A DNA stretch of 64,000 bases from Octopus bimaculoides (Eukaryota): contig NC_068988.1 of assembly GCF_001194135.2 (NCBI RefSeq), forward strand, positions 26,003,094 through 26,067,093. The letters are read 5' to 3'. The notes beneath the pieces were generated by a model that did not search any database, was not told the DNA's origin, and saw nothing but the letters and a program-made list of their open reading frames with translations. Of the stretch, positions 13,191-27,309 are shown in pieces (positions within the stretch are counted from its first letter, which is position 1; the number at the start of each line of letters is the position of its first letter). Position numbers and translations under genes: made by a program.

Positions 13191-14192
13191 TCAAAACTGT
13201 TGTAAAAGAAAAAAAAATGTTGTCAACGCTCAAGTTTACTGAAGAATAATTATATTTCATTTTTTACTGCATTTTCAAAATGCGTATTTCTTTTATCAAA
13301 ATTCCTTTCTGGGCAAATTATTTATTGTGTATTTAGAAGTTAATGAAATGGTATTCTTTATAGTATATTTCTATTTTATATTTATTTTAACCTCTTTATT
13401 TATGCAATAAATGTATTTAGAAATCTTCTCCGACAAAGGAATATTCACAATAACGGTATCTCCAATTTCGAGGTTCTGTTATCTGAGAAGTTTACTTGAA
13501 TCCTGTGAGTCGTTTATTGTCTTTCCTATCACTATGTAAATTTTTGTGGTGAGTTTCTATATTTCCTTTTGCTCTTAAAAATATTTATCATAAGTCGGTA
13601 CACCGCAGCGGGATTTTTTATCAGTTACCATTCATAACTACTTCAGAATGCGATAAAAATGCTTGTGCCATATACGTGGCCTTGTCAAAAATACGTATCG
13701 GGATCAGGTGATTGTTCCAATGTGAGCAGTATCATTTATCAGTTACAGTGAATTGGAATGGATTAAGGTAGTTGGATTAAGGTTTAGAATAAGTTACCTG
13801 ACGTTGTTAATTAAATGTATTTTTTAGATTCTCAAGTACGGTTTTTTTTAGAGCAAAGCTATTGTTTCAATTTGCGTCCCCCACATACTACTTCCGCAAT
13901 GGTAATGAGAAAGAAAGTGTAATTCGGTAGATAGAACTTATCTGAAGAGGCGAATACGACTATTCAGTAGTAAATATTATGGAACCAGTTCGAGGTTGTA
14001 TATTTCTACTAGTAATTGTTATGATAGATATAACTTTTGTGATTGCTTGAGGATAAATTAAACACATAATTGTTAGTTGCGTCTAACGAGTACTTTACTT
14101 TTGAATAATTGCTGCTAAATTGAATATCATTAACTCCATTGCAGCAGATACGCAGATAATCATAATTTCTCCTGCTCGCAAGGGATAAAAAG

Positions 14193-14238
<46 letters not shown>

Positions 14239-14311
14239 NNNNNNNNNNNNNNNNNNNNNNNNNNNNNNNNNNNNNNNNNNNNNNNNNNNNNNNNNNNNNN
14301 NNNNNNNNNNN

Positions 14312-14346
<35 letters not shown>

Positions 14347-14930
14347 CGTATACATATACCATACAGAAGAAATGTTAACATCCAAGCTTAGGCGGTTTAA
14401 TATTCTAAATATCATATGCCATATATATACATATATACATATATATACATACGCACACATATAGATATAGATATATACATATAGTTCACAGATGAAATCC
14501 AGATATTCCCCATATAGAATACACTTAGCTGTGCTCAAGAGATTCAAGCTGACCCCGAAATTTTTACAGGGGATTTTCCACAATGTAGATAAAGACAAAA
14601 GCGGGATCATGTTGAGCGGGTAAAGAAGCAATGGCAGGAACAGGTAAATTAGAAATATCAATACATGCAAAATTAATAATTATATCAAGGAAACAATTTT
14701 GACTTGTATCATCCCACGCCAGAACAGTGGAAATAACATGATGTAAAGACACCAGTCTTTAGACTGTAAATATTTATCATCCGAAATCTCCTGGCGATGT
14801 AAAACGCAGTCAATATGCCGTAAACAACAGATCTCGACAACAAGGCACAATCATATTTCTGATTATAACAATTATTAACACACATCAGAGAACAGTATCG
14901 GGCCACATCAGAGACAGGATCAGATCACTT

Positions 14931-14982
<52 letters not shown>

Positions 14983-15334
14983 CACGAGAAAAAAAAAAGA
15001 AAAGAAATGAGAGACACATCGTCTACAACAGTGTAAAACAGAAACATGATACACTACATCTGAATGACATTCAGAAGGTCGGAAAGGACTTAACCATCTA
15101 AGATCCTATGTTTACAGATACTTGTTCCGTCAGAGCAGTGTTGTTAGCACTATCACTTTACGTCTTTGCCTTATGACACCGTGTAACATTGTTATCTTTC
15201 TCATGCATTCATCTGTTCTCTTCTCACCATATCTAATGCGCACAGATATCGAATTAGACATTTCCCAACCACTTATATTCCAAATTCTTCCAAGCCGGAA
15301 TTCATTCGCTACTCAACATTTGATATACTCACCA

Positions 15335-15415
15335 ACCTAGATTTAGTTTAAACTGAAAATCCTCGGCAATGTCCTCATCACTGGGTGCATCTACAAATAT
15401 CTCAAAGGGTGTGTT
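15335..15415 (-). mobile_element. Possible middle piece of the same hAT transposase
   Basis: TPFEIFVDAPSDEDIAEDFQFKLNL resembles the NPF...D...LQ.ELIDL block. Position and strand fit between the two other pieces. Confidence 0.3.
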
Positions 15416-16364
15416 CCATCAGTTTTGAGTAAATAAGTAGAAATAGACAGAATTTTGAGTATACAAATTCATACACACACATGCAAACACATACCCAAAG
15501 AACAACACGCATAGAAACACAGAAAAAGAAATACGCATGCACATACTAAAGCACTCACACACTCACGTTTGTAGACACAATGCCGAAAGTTAATATCTTG
15601 GCAGTTTTTATGTTGTAAAAATAATTAAAAATTATTATTTGTTTTAAAACTGAAGCAATTTATTAAATAGAAGGTTGCCAAAAATTGCTTTCAAGAAAAA
15701 TATAATAAATGCTTATTTTATTTCCAAACTGAAGCAATATTTTAAACAGAAGGTTGCCAAAAATAATTCCTTTCAAAATTAAACCTATTTATTAAAATGA
15801 AATTGTAAATTGTGAACTATTGACCTTAAAAATAATAGAAAACTGGTTGTATCATAAGCGTGAAGAATATTTTCAACGCGATTATTAGCCTTCATATATT
15901 TCTTATTATTTATACGTATCACATTAGATTCAAGATATGTCTGACGATTATTCATTGTGTAGTATTTCCAGCTGGATGTTCTTGCTTATCACTCCGGTTG
16001 TATCTGCACTCAAGAAGACCTCCTCTTTCAATTCATGCATAGCACGCCATATTTGAGGGTGGATATACTACATTTCACTGATGCTTTATTGAAAACACGA
16101 CCTGGAATAATATTTCAAAATGTCAGACATGTTGTGATTGGCAATATTAAAAGAGGCTGAAGCAATAGACAAGAGTCATTTTCTTCCTGCCCATGCGTCA
16201 AACTTAAAGTCTGTGAGTTGACAGCAGGTCACATTTATCTATTTTGCTATATTGATTAAATACTGAATGAAATAATTATGGCTTCTAATTCATACGGAAG
16301 GCCGGTAATATTAGGGGAATTGATTAGTCGTTACTATTAACCAAAGTACTAGTCTTTTAAAATT

Positions 16365-16915
16365 TGATAACTTTGCACAAATTTCCATGTGTGTGAGACA
16401 AATAACTTTCTTCACACTATTTAATTAAGAAAGCTGCCCCATGTTTTTTCAAGCAGAGACACGTAACGAAACGTTTCCGCAACAAATTCTGGAACATCAT
16501 TGTTGGTACGTATACTTTTTGGGTATATCCAGATTGATGCTTATAGCATATTAGACCAATGTTTTCTATACGTCTACTCTGACAAAACCTTTTGTTAAAC
16601 TTTGTTTACAAGAGGTTTTACAAACTTTTTGTTAAACCCTTTCCAAATATCGACTCTTTATCACCTCCTTAACGATATAAATTACACCACACAATTCCAA
16701 CAAACTGACATTTGATTGTGGTATGTATGCGCTCATAAAGGACATTACATAAAAACTGCAAATATTTGCTAATGAACTTTTAAAGAAATTTTCAGATACG
16801 CTAATTTTCACGCTATTTTCTGAAAACCTTATGTTTGATAAAATCTTTTTCGATATTGCATGGTCTCTACAAAGGTCATCGAATACATTTTCAGAAATTG
16901 AAATTGCTGCCAATT
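16365..16915 (-). mobile_element. hAT (SPIN/Buster/Charlie-like) transposase remnant, catalytic N-terminal part
   Basis: AAISISENVF...KILSNIRFSENSVK (cf. IPLSNNTV); SIRTNNDVPEFV...VSLLEK (cf. SITTDGAPAM..FVALL); ICLTHMEICAK (CxxH, cf. HCIIHQEALCAK). Confidence 0.55.
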
Positions 16916-18344
16916 ACATTATGCTTTCTGTTATGAATATTGACATCGCCCGGCTGGCATCTACATTTTGAAATACTGAAATGAGCCCACTCAAGATAAA
17001 ATGCTCAGGTGATGCTCATTTACTCGTAATGCAAAAACATGCAAAACTACTGCTATAATACCACTTTTGCATTCTCCCTGCAGTCTCTGACGAATAAGTC
17101 CTAAATACTTACGTCATTTCATTGAGTCGGCGACGACATTTTCCTCCAAATATTTCGGTTGTGCAATCTTATAAATCCGTAACTTTGCCTAATCGTCAGG
17201 AAATTTTATCTTTTATCAGCCTCGCGCTATCTCTTATTAATTACTGTTGTTGTTTATAGATATTATGTTATGTAATATTATTAGTATTAACGAAATCAAT
17301 AACCACAATCTTTCAGATATAGTAGAGTGCCGTTTTCATTATTTAGGCTTTTGCATTCCATTTGAAAGTAATAAATACTTCTTGCCAATTCACAATAATA
17401 TACACCACCGTGCAGACATATGCTCGCACTCAGCACATGCTCATACACATACACATGAACACAGACAAACAGACACATATATGTGTCTGTGTTTATACTT
17501 ATCGTATTGATTATTTTTCTAGTCATAGAAGGTCAAAAGCGAAGGGATAGCTATAAAAGATAACTAGACTTGATACTAAGCATACAAAACAAAGTTATTG
17601 AATGAATTATCTAAAGGGTGTTGTTTGTATATCACACACATAATTCTCCATATCAAATAATCGAACGAGCTGAAAATCAGAGAAAAAAAACGGTAAAATC
17701 GGAAGTATTTGCAAAGCAATATCCGCTTTTTTGCCGAAGTATTCCTATAAATATAATGTGTTGCATAGGTAAATACAATTTCGTTATGCTTTAACTATCT
17801 TATTTTTACTGAAGTATAGAATCGATCTATATATTAACTGGCAATTACAGATGCTACATTTGTTTTATTTCTGTAGTTATGCATGTTGTGGTAAGTTACC
17901 TTTCTGATGACTTGGTGTCCAGTTCGATCCTTTGTTCGATCTTACGTTTCTAGTAAGCTCTAAGTGTAGCAACAGTTTTGACTTTTATATAGTGCTTTAA
18001 TGAAAGATTTGATCTTTCTTAAGAAAGTGTAGCCAACTCGTTTGAAACACGAATGTTACTTTGAAATTATTTGGAGTGTATAATTGCTAGCACAAAGTAC
18101 ATTCGAAATTGTTGAAAAATATTAAGTGAATGTAAAATAAAAAATTCGTTTCCATATTTTCACAACATCCATTTACATGAATGCGATATGAGTTATATTT
18201 TTTTCTATGGATACGAAGGAATTTTAGAACAATGGCCAGAAAAGATGGGGTACGGTAGATCTCCGCATAATATTACTTTTGAAAATTAAAAATCAAATAT
18301 GAAACCGGTCAAGTGTACACACACACACGCGTGCATACATACAT

Positions 18345-18810
18345 GAACACAAGCCCCGTCACTCTCTCCGAACAACCGAGCAAAGTGCTGGAGAAATGCC
18401 TCACATATTTGTGTGGAATCGCTCAACTCGTGTCCGTCTCTGTCCATCAAAGATAGAATTGCGACTTTGTTAACACACTGCGCCCCTGCCAAATGGGCCC
18501 ATCAAAAGCTTTGATGCCCTCATTTCTCAGAGCACGTGTTTTGGCTCTGATAATGCAACCTTCATATTTTGCATTGAAGAACTACAAATAGACTCGTCTA
18601 ATTTTGCTACTAATTCGTCCTCCTTTCTATTTTTTTCTCACGCTACTTCTTTGCTAAACCTTATCGATACTACTCTAGTCTCTGTTTTGAGAGCCACCCA
18701 CAACCTGTTGTTGACGACCCAATCAAATTTTGTTCAACTAAAGTGTAAGCCTTATGTGATGGAAACGACATCTTCATCTTCCAGTACCCGAGTCCTGGCC
18801 TACGCGTCTT
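18345..18810 (-). mobile_element. L1/Tx1-clade LINE ORF2 fragment (EN-RT linker)
   Basis: AKYEGCIIRAKTRALRNEGIK...AILSLMDRDGHELSDSTQICEAFLQHFARLFG matches the Tx1-type linker (I.SL....G....EI...F..FY..LF). Confidence 0.7.
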
Positions 18811-18930
18811 GAAGAAGAAGAAGAAGAAGAAGAAGAAGAAGAAGAAGAAGAAGAAGAAGAAGAAGAAGAAGAAGAAGAAGAAGAAGAAGAAGAAGAAGAA
18901 GAAGAAGAAGAAGAAGAAGGAGAAGAAGAA
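18811..18930. repeat. (GAA)n microsatellite, about 40 units
   Basis: Direct reading; followed by (TGAA)n. Confidence 0.98.
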
Positions 18931-19245
18931 TGAATGAATGAATGAATGAATATAGTAGCATCTTTATAATATGTAATGCTGCTATATTAACGAGATGAAA
19001 AACATATAACAATAAAACAACAATAATACTCTGTATGTGTAGACGTGTAAGTATGCTGGAGGTGTTTGGAAACATCAATTCACAGGGCAAAAATATAAGA
19101 CACGAAAATGTGAGATGCTATTATAGTTCATGTATGCTTCCGGAAATTTGGTGACTGCAACACGCTTCCACACAAAATATATTTATATTGCATACATCTA
19201 TCTATCTATTTATCTGTCAATCTACCTATTTATATCTATATATTA

Positions 19246-19277
<32 letters not shown>

Positions 19278-19300
19278 CCACACACCCACACACACACATA

Positions 19301-19331
<31 letters not shown>

Positions 19332-20350
19332 GTATGCATGTATGTATAAATGAATATATCACACGTACACGCACACACATACACTCACACACATATCTGT
19401 ATATGTATATGTGGGTATATACACATATGCACATAACGTGTGTGTGTGTGAGGTGTGAATATACATTTATGTTGGCGAATTTGAAACATTTTTTAATTCA
19501 GTATAGAGACATAAACTTTGTTACAACGTGGTATGTATTAGCATTTTTAGAAAAATATATTTCCTTATTGAGGAACTTGTATTAATAACGCTACATTCTC
19601 TAACACTCGCATATTATTTGATAAGAAAGTAACAATGAAACGCATGCTATCGCTATTAGTGCTTTTTTCACTGTCACTATCACAGCAAATTCAAGATACC
19701 AAAACATAATATAATTTAAACTATAAGGAGTGAAATAAGTAAAAAGACGAATAGAAATTTTCCAATAGATCATATTGTGGGTGATATTAATTTCACCTAA
19801 TGTTAATGCTTTGGTTGGAAGATATATAGTTCTTTATTAAACTGAGTTAAATATATTTAGTTTCTGAATATCAAGACTAACAAATGCGTATTAAGTCACG
19901 TCAATGCAACATAAATCTAAGTAAAATTGACTGTTTGGTTACATCAAAGAAAAGACATTGCTTATCTCTGCACATCTGCACTATATTTAATATTTGGGAT
20001 GAAATATATTCTACATAAGACCGTGATGTTTCAGTAAAGAACTTCATTTGCTGTGAACAAAGCTATTTGCTTACAAGAAGTATTTTCCCCGAGTCTTACT
20101 AATACATTTATCCAGATGTCGGTGAATATTAATTTAAATGTCTTTTGAAGCCCAAGTGATTACTTTCAATCTAAACTTACGAAATTGTTAAATCTACAAT
20201 CTACTCGCCTAAATGCACAGTGAAACTAGTTCTTTTTTTTTTCAGTAGAAAATAATTTGAAAAAAGAAAAACGAAAAGAAAAAATGAAAACCGAACGATT
20301 GAAACACCGGAAAGAAGTATATCATTGTTGTGAGTGATTGTTCTAAATTG

Positions 20351-20421
20351 AAAGCTTGTCACAAAACTGAACCCGGAACCATGTGGTTGGCAAGCAAGCT
20401 ACTTACCACAGACCCACTCCT
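20351..20421 (-). mobile_element. SINE family B head fragment
   Basis: CTGAACCCGGAACCATGTGGTTGGCAAGCAAGCTACTTACCAC matches the head of 40212-40597. Confidence 0.85.
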
Positions 20422-20497
20422 ACATACATACATAAATACATATATATACATACAAACATACATACATACATACAAACATACATACATACATAAATAC

Positions 20498-20534
<37 letters not shown>

Positions 20535-21295
20535 AAAATACCCTGTTGATGTTGAAATTCCGATGAAGTAGACTTGGATCTAGGTTAGATCCTGGTTCTT
20601 TCTCTATTGGTAAGAAATCTTGAAATAAAACTGGATAATGACAGATACATACATATCTTTATATATCTATATATACATAATGCATATATACATATATACA
20701 TTGGCTCATGATATTTGAAAAATAAACAAGAGTACGTGCATTGCGGGTATAGTAACACCGGTAGAAAATAAATAGAGCGGAACAACTCTCTAAAATGTAT
20801 TCAAGTAGTAAGAAAAAGATATGCACTAATTAATACAAGTGAGACTTAGAATTCCTAAAGATCTTAATGATAATGCCGCTAATGCAATTTTATTTGCCAA
20901 TGTGGCTGCATTCGAGCTCTTGGTATAATTCCGAAATGCTGTTTCTCCTGCTTTTGAATGAAGTGGCTCGATTATGGGTGATAGAATCTTTTATAACGCA
21001 GAAGTTCTTCAATGTATATGGGAAATATATCTGCCATGGAATTCATTTAAGTTACATACTGAGGAGAGAATCTCCCAAGATTTAATATCCCGATAGCAGT
21101 ATATCACGTTTGCTACAACGAGGTGAAAAGTTACGTGAAATATTGTGCCATAAATCATGACATATAAGTAGGTTCTCCAATACATTTCTCACTCGAGAAT
21201 TATATTCTAAGCTGTCATATCTTTATATAGATGTGTATTTGTGTGTTCGTTGGCGTGTATATATACATATATACATACATGCATACATGCATAAT

Positions 21296-21431
<136 letters not shown>

Positions 21432-21825
21432 GCATATATTGTGTGCGTCTGTGTGCGTCTGTGTGCGTCTGTGTGCGTGCGAATACCTCTAGCTTTCACG
21501 GCTTTAAGCTTTAAAACTTATGATTCGAATGAAATATCTCTGGAGAGGGAGAGCATTTAATGGGATAAACATCCACCAGAAGAATGTTCAAATTAGTAAG
21601 ATACTTTAAGTACTAAAATCGAGTACTATTTATGGAAAACATACATTTAAGCTAGTCGTATTCTTCTTCGCGTGAAATTGTTATAATTATTATTACATCT
21701 TGGTTCTCAGTGGTAATCGTGTATGACTAGTTAGAAGGAATTATTTTCTTTTTCGCAAATGTAATGTTGTATCGCCAATGACTCATCCTTAATTTGTAAA
21801 ACTGTTGCCCAGAGGTACCGGCAAA

Positions 21826-21932
21826 GCGTAGGGGTGGCTGTGTGGTAAGTAGCCTCCCTACCAACCACTTGGTTCCGAGTTCAGTCCCACTACGTGGCAC
21901 CTTGGGCAAGTGTCTTCTACTATAGCCTCGGG
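21826..21932 (+). mobile_element. SINE family B (CORE-like) head
   Basis: A box GTGGCTGTGTGG, B box GAGTTCAGTCC, then ACCTTGGGCAAGTG, which resembles the CORE domain start. Confidence 0.85.
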
Positions 21933-23540
21933 ACGAACTTGTTAGAGTAAAAGTAAGACAAAACTAAGAAAGCAAATGCACAATCTACAAGACAGGAAAG
22001 GAGACAAATGTATTAGCCCTCACTTGAATGAATACATTGTGCTAACGCAAAAAGAGTATAAGTGCAGACAAGGCGCTGTACGTATAAGTGAAAGGTAAGA
22101 TGTTAGCTACGTAAAGAAAGAAAAGAAGATGGTATGAACACAAAAACAATGGGTGTGACAATAACAATGATAATGTTCACCAAACTGATGAAATGTAACA
22201 TGGAAGCGATTATGTTGTTATGGAGGAGGAAATGGATTCGATGAGCAGAAATTAGAAATATAAGAAACAGCAGATCTGCTTGCAATATGTTGCACTGGAA
22301 TGTGTAAGAATAATCAGGCATTTCAAAGTCCCTTTTCGCGGATCAATATTTGACTAATCCGTTGAAAGACTGGTTTTGTAAACTTCTTTCATTCCACCTG
22401 TCAAACAATCTTACTGTCATCATTAAACTCTGCCGGATTCTATCGCCATCGTGACGAACAACGACTTCCATTTCTTTCCGCTTCCATATTTGCTCTTCAT
22501 ATAATGTACTATGATTGATTTAGGTTTATGATTACAATCTGATAAAAAATATTTCTGTGGTAATGCAATGGACTAGATATATGACTTATTCTTCATAGAA
22601 AATACCTGAAAACTGATGTGTGGATCTATAACCCAAATCTCCATAGGGACCGAGTGGAACATACTCATATATAATTGAACGAGCAAATATGGATAATGGC
22701 AACAGACTACGCTCTGTAAGTCACCTATTAGTGCATAATCTTTTTATTCGCTCACTGACCTCACCAGCACTTCTATGTATCAAAGAATCTTTACAATTAA
22801 AGAGAAGAAAAGAAAATATAGCAATCCATTCCTTTCATCGCAGCGTGTGCAGTTTGCTGAAAAAATCTAATTACAGATTCACGCATAAAATCAATAGAAA
22901 GACAAGCTACACACTCCGTCGATTTTATGACGAGATATTATCCATTAATATCCGGCTAGAAAATCAATCCAGAACGTTTCATTTATACAATTTCGTCTAC
23001 AGATTACTTTTTTCGGCTTCTTGGTAATTACGATTTTTATGCACAAGTACAAGGTCAGCCAAGTTTACTACATATTTTGAGGCAGGATTGCACACAATTC
23101 CTGCCCGGGGTAGAAAACTGTGAGCTTTTAACAGGGAGATAAAATCACCATGTTTATTAATATTAAAATGGTTCTACATTTTCTAAAATTTTCATATTCA
23201 TTAGTCAAGTAAGACTTATTGCGATTCAAAATCTATTTTGTCCTCTTATTAAAAGAAAGAGGAAGGGTGCCGCCATTTTTCAGAAATATTTCAGTGGGTA
23301 TGCTACAAATTGATAAGTAACTAGTATTGTAGTCTGTACATCCAGCTACGCGCTTTACAAACACATGTATTTCAGCGCCTGAAGTTCTCAAGGCAAAGTT
23401 GATCACGTGAGATTTCCAGTCAGAATATAGAATGAAGTAAACATGTTCTCACTTTATTAATTCTGCCAGACAAAGATTGCAACATTTCCTAATACACTTT
23501 CTGTGCAAGCTTCTCTGTTTGACACATCATCACGCTTGTA

Positions 23541-23735
23541 GAATCGTTACCACGCTAAACGAAATGCTTAGGGGTATTTCACCCGACGCTACGTCCTTAG
23601 ATCAAACTCAGCTGAAGTCTACTTTGCCTTTCATCCTTTCGGGGTCGAGAAATTAAGTACCATTCAAGTACTGAGGTCGATGTTATCGACTAGTCCCCTC
23701 GCCATTATTTGAGGCCTTGTGTCTAGTGTAGAAAC
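23541..23735 (+). mobile_element. SINE family A
   Basis: CTTTGCCTTTCATCCTTTCGGGGTCGAGAAATTAAGTACC body. Confidence 0.85.
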
Positions 23736-26414
23736 GATTATCTCTGCTATTACGAATCTTATTGCTGTCCTGGCCATTTTTCTGACATTGCTGATGTTTT
23801 TGTAAGAGTTGATGTAAATGTTGTTGTTTTTGAAGTAGTTCTTTTATATGCCTATCAGGCTCTCCTCAATTCCACAGGTGTCAGTGGAACTGGTATAATG
23901 ATCTTCAAGTACGAGGAATCACTGTTATGCCGTGCTTTAGTCGGAAGAATTTAATTCATTTCCGGCTACATCGCACAGTTTGTCTCAATGCTATTAAAGA
24001 ATAAAACTTACGATAGACAAGATCAGTCGTTATGAGAGCTGCAGCAAGGAGGCCCACTTATTGTTCCATCTCTTCACACAGTATTTGTGTATATATNNNN
24101 NNNNNNNNNNNNNNNNNNNNNNNNNNNNNNNNNNNNNNNNNNNNNNNNNNNNNNNNNNNNNNNNNNNNNNNNNNNNNNNNNNNNNNNNNNNNNNNNNNNN
24201 NNNNNNNNNNNNNNNNNNNNNNNNNNNNNNNNNNNNNNNNNNNNNNNNNNNNNNNNNNNNNNNNNNNNNNNNNNNNNNATATATGTGTGTGTGTGTGTAT
24301 GAATGTATGTATGTCTCTATGCCTATACAGGTACTAATGTATACATGCGGTATGTATTCTATATTCGATTGTATGCAAGCATCAAAATTACATCTACATA
24401 TAATCATACACACATAAAACACACGCACATATATGACCATTTCTTTACCTTATTATTTGGATTAAAATTTACACTTCGTCAAACCCACATTACGGTGTGT
24501 TCGTCGTGGAACAGTAATTTTCTACACCTGTAGAATTCCGACATGGGATGTAAACCCGAAAGTGTTGATAGCCTAGTATTCCAGTTGAATGATTCTTTGG
24601 AAATATCTTGCCTTTACAACCTACACATTGTCATACAGTATCCTTCACTACACATTGTCATACAGCATGACACATTTTCATGCAGCATCCAAAGTACAAG
24701 AATCGACTGATAAATGCATCTGTAAGTAAAAGTTAGAGAAGCGATTTCATCAAAATTTGGAGAGCATTCATTTGGAACTCTTCTTTCATATACAGGTGAC
24801 ATATACTGTTTTTCTTTATGAAGCAGAAAGACGTGAGGAAATAGAACAGCTTTGCATTTCTAAACAATAATTTATCTAGCATAGACTTACCTAATTAGCA
24901 TATAGATATTCAGATGCTGAGTTTTGGGGAAGAAATGTCTAAGCATAAAGATGGATGTCTGCATTACTTAAATTTGTGATTGAGATAAGTCTGTTGGAAA
25001 AATGTTCAAGGTAAAGAAGGAATTTAGCTGAATTATGTTGATTCAATGTAAATTGAAGCAGCTGAAGAAGATACAAAGACATTTTTTTTGTTGTTAATTT
25101 CCCGTCATTACCAGCCTACATACAGTGTGTAAAGTGATACATTTTGTGATTAATATTGATTTTTTTTCTACTTTCGAAAGAACTTATTTTATTTACTGAG
25201 TAAATATGAATTAACTTAATTAGTCGTAATATTTATATATCCCAGGTTTACGAAATATAATTTATTGAGCTACTGAAATAAATTAATTGTTTTCATAAAA
25301 GTTAATCAAAAATATTAAATCAAGATTTCAGAATAAGATTTATTTAGCATACTCCAAATCTAATTCGTTACTGCAAAATGTCTTTTATAACTTAAGTTCA
25401 TTGACTGCTTCTTGCACATTTTCATCAAATTTATTTTCTCTTAATCGGTAGTTTTAAAATATTATAATATAAACATAACATTTTCTATACTCTATACACG
25501 CAAAACCAAAGACATATTCAACGTTAGTATTCTATAGTTTAAAGAAAAGCCAGTAATGAATGTTAAACATTGTGACAGTATAAATCAATTTCATACTGAT
25601 GATGTTTCTGAGCTTAAGATTTCAAAAAAATATATATTGTATAACAAAAAAAGAGAGACTTTTTAACAGTTGTATTGATGTACAAATTTAATCACGTGGA
25701 AGAATAATTCTATAGTTTTTCTATGCGAGAATAAGAAAGGAAAAAAAAACATAACAAATAAACACATGTAGAAGATGCTAACAGTTATTTATCAGATAAA
25801 GTTTATAGAAATTTAACAGACTGGCAGAAATTCTATTAAAATGTATCCATTTAAAAATTGATGTAACGGATTTTTCTCTGTAACTCCTGTTACATAAAAT
25901 TCTATTATGCAAATTGAATTTTCGAAATACGTAACAAGTATTGTTCATGAACATAGTAATTGTTTACGAATAATATTGGCATTTGAAGTTATAACTGGAC
26001 TTTGTTCAATTTCCATAGCCCATATGTTGTAAACAAATGAGAAACGTAAAGTATTGTTTTATAGAAACAATTCAATGATGATGAATAATACCACACTGCG
26101 GAGAAATAATGAGAAATTCTGATATTGTTATTCATTAAGAAATTTTGCATCTTATATCTGCGATACTTTGAGATAAAACATTCTATTTATTCATTGAATC
26201 TATGTCGCGAAAAGATGAAATATTTCAAATTGTTGATTTATATTTGTTCTGTTACAAAAGAGACGATGCTCTACAAAGTAGCAGGGAGATTTCCCTATCA
26301 AACTACACGTTAATATTTTCGGAAACGCCATGATGTTTAATGTACCCCTATGTCTTATATAACTACAAAAATGATTTACTAAGCTTTTACTGGTGGTATT
26401 TTCCATTGTAGTGG

Positions 26415-26610
26415 AGGCAACTACCTTGCAGAATCGGAGGAAATGCTTCCTTTCGGATTTACGTACTAAGTTCAAATGCCGTCGAGGTCGACCTTGTCAT
26501 TCATACTTTCATGACCGATAAAATAAATATTACTAATTACTCTGAAGCAGATGGAATGGACTTGTCGACTCCCATTAAGTTGCTAGCCTTGTGCCAAAAT
26601 TTAAAACGTT
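26415..26610 (+). mobile_element. SINE family A, degraded
   Basis: AAGTTCAAATGCCGTCGAGGTCGACCTTG block and GCCTTGTGCCAAAATTT tail. Confidence 0.7.
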
Positions 26611-27182
26611 TTTTCACTGTGGCCTCTAATCAAACAGGTAAACTAATTTTCCTTTAAACTATTTCATGCTTGAATATCTGCACTGTGTTATACAAAGTTT
26701 ATTTTCTTTTGGAGAACAGAAAATTCAATATTTGACAGCTTTCGCTTTGCATATCAAGAGACAGTGTACACCTAACTCATTATTCTTTATGTAAAGGGGA
26801 TAGTATTAGCAGCAATATATTTAGAACACCTCGCCTAGTGTGCCAGCACATTCGTTTGAATGTTCTGTTCGAGAGATCTAGCCCACTTACAGCATCAACA
26901 CTTAAGTAAGTGAGTGACTGCACCGAATTTATTAGCGTTGGAAATAAGCCTTCACACTAATTTCAAAGACGTTTCTATCCTCACTGTACATCTTCAAACT
27001 AAGAAGCTGTAAAACTGTAATCTTTTACATCGGTTACATATTGACAATGAATGCATGTTGTCATTCTCCTTGAAAACCAACAAGTCAACGCTGGTGGAAC
27101 GAATTCAGAACGTATAAAGCAGTGCAATATTAGAAACTACACCTCTGTTTCGCCGATACTTCCACCGACTAACAATCATAAC

Positions 27183-27280
27183 TTCGGCGGAATTTGAACT
27201 CAGAACGTAACGGCAGAAGATATAATACCACAAGATATTTTGCCCGGCGTGCTAACAATTCTGTCAGCTCGCCACCTTAA
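27183..27280 (-). mobile_element. SINE family A head
   Basis: CGGCGGAATTTGAACTCAGAACGTAACGGCAG...GTCAGCTCGCC. Confidence 0.85.
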
Positions 27281-27309
27281 TTTGCTCTGAATATTGCCAT
27301 AAAAAATAA

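Noticed and set aside
14480-14930. Possible RTE EN-RT linker remnant (also possible RTE endonuclease at 26780-27130)
   Set aside because: Similarity is too faint to call by eye; it needs a profile search.
15647-15765. ~39-bp direct repeat with ~79-bp period
   Set aside because: Only two diverged AT-rich units; not an array and no CRISPR-like organisation.
21826-21900. tRNA-like A/B boxes here and in other SINE heads
   Set aside because: No cloverleaf; they continue into SINE bodies and are not tRNA genes.
24533-24706. 57-codon open frame after an AG, containing a 27-bp-period duplication (CTACACATTGTCATACAG x2)
   Set aside because: No recognisable protein and no donor before the stop; an ordinary local duplication.
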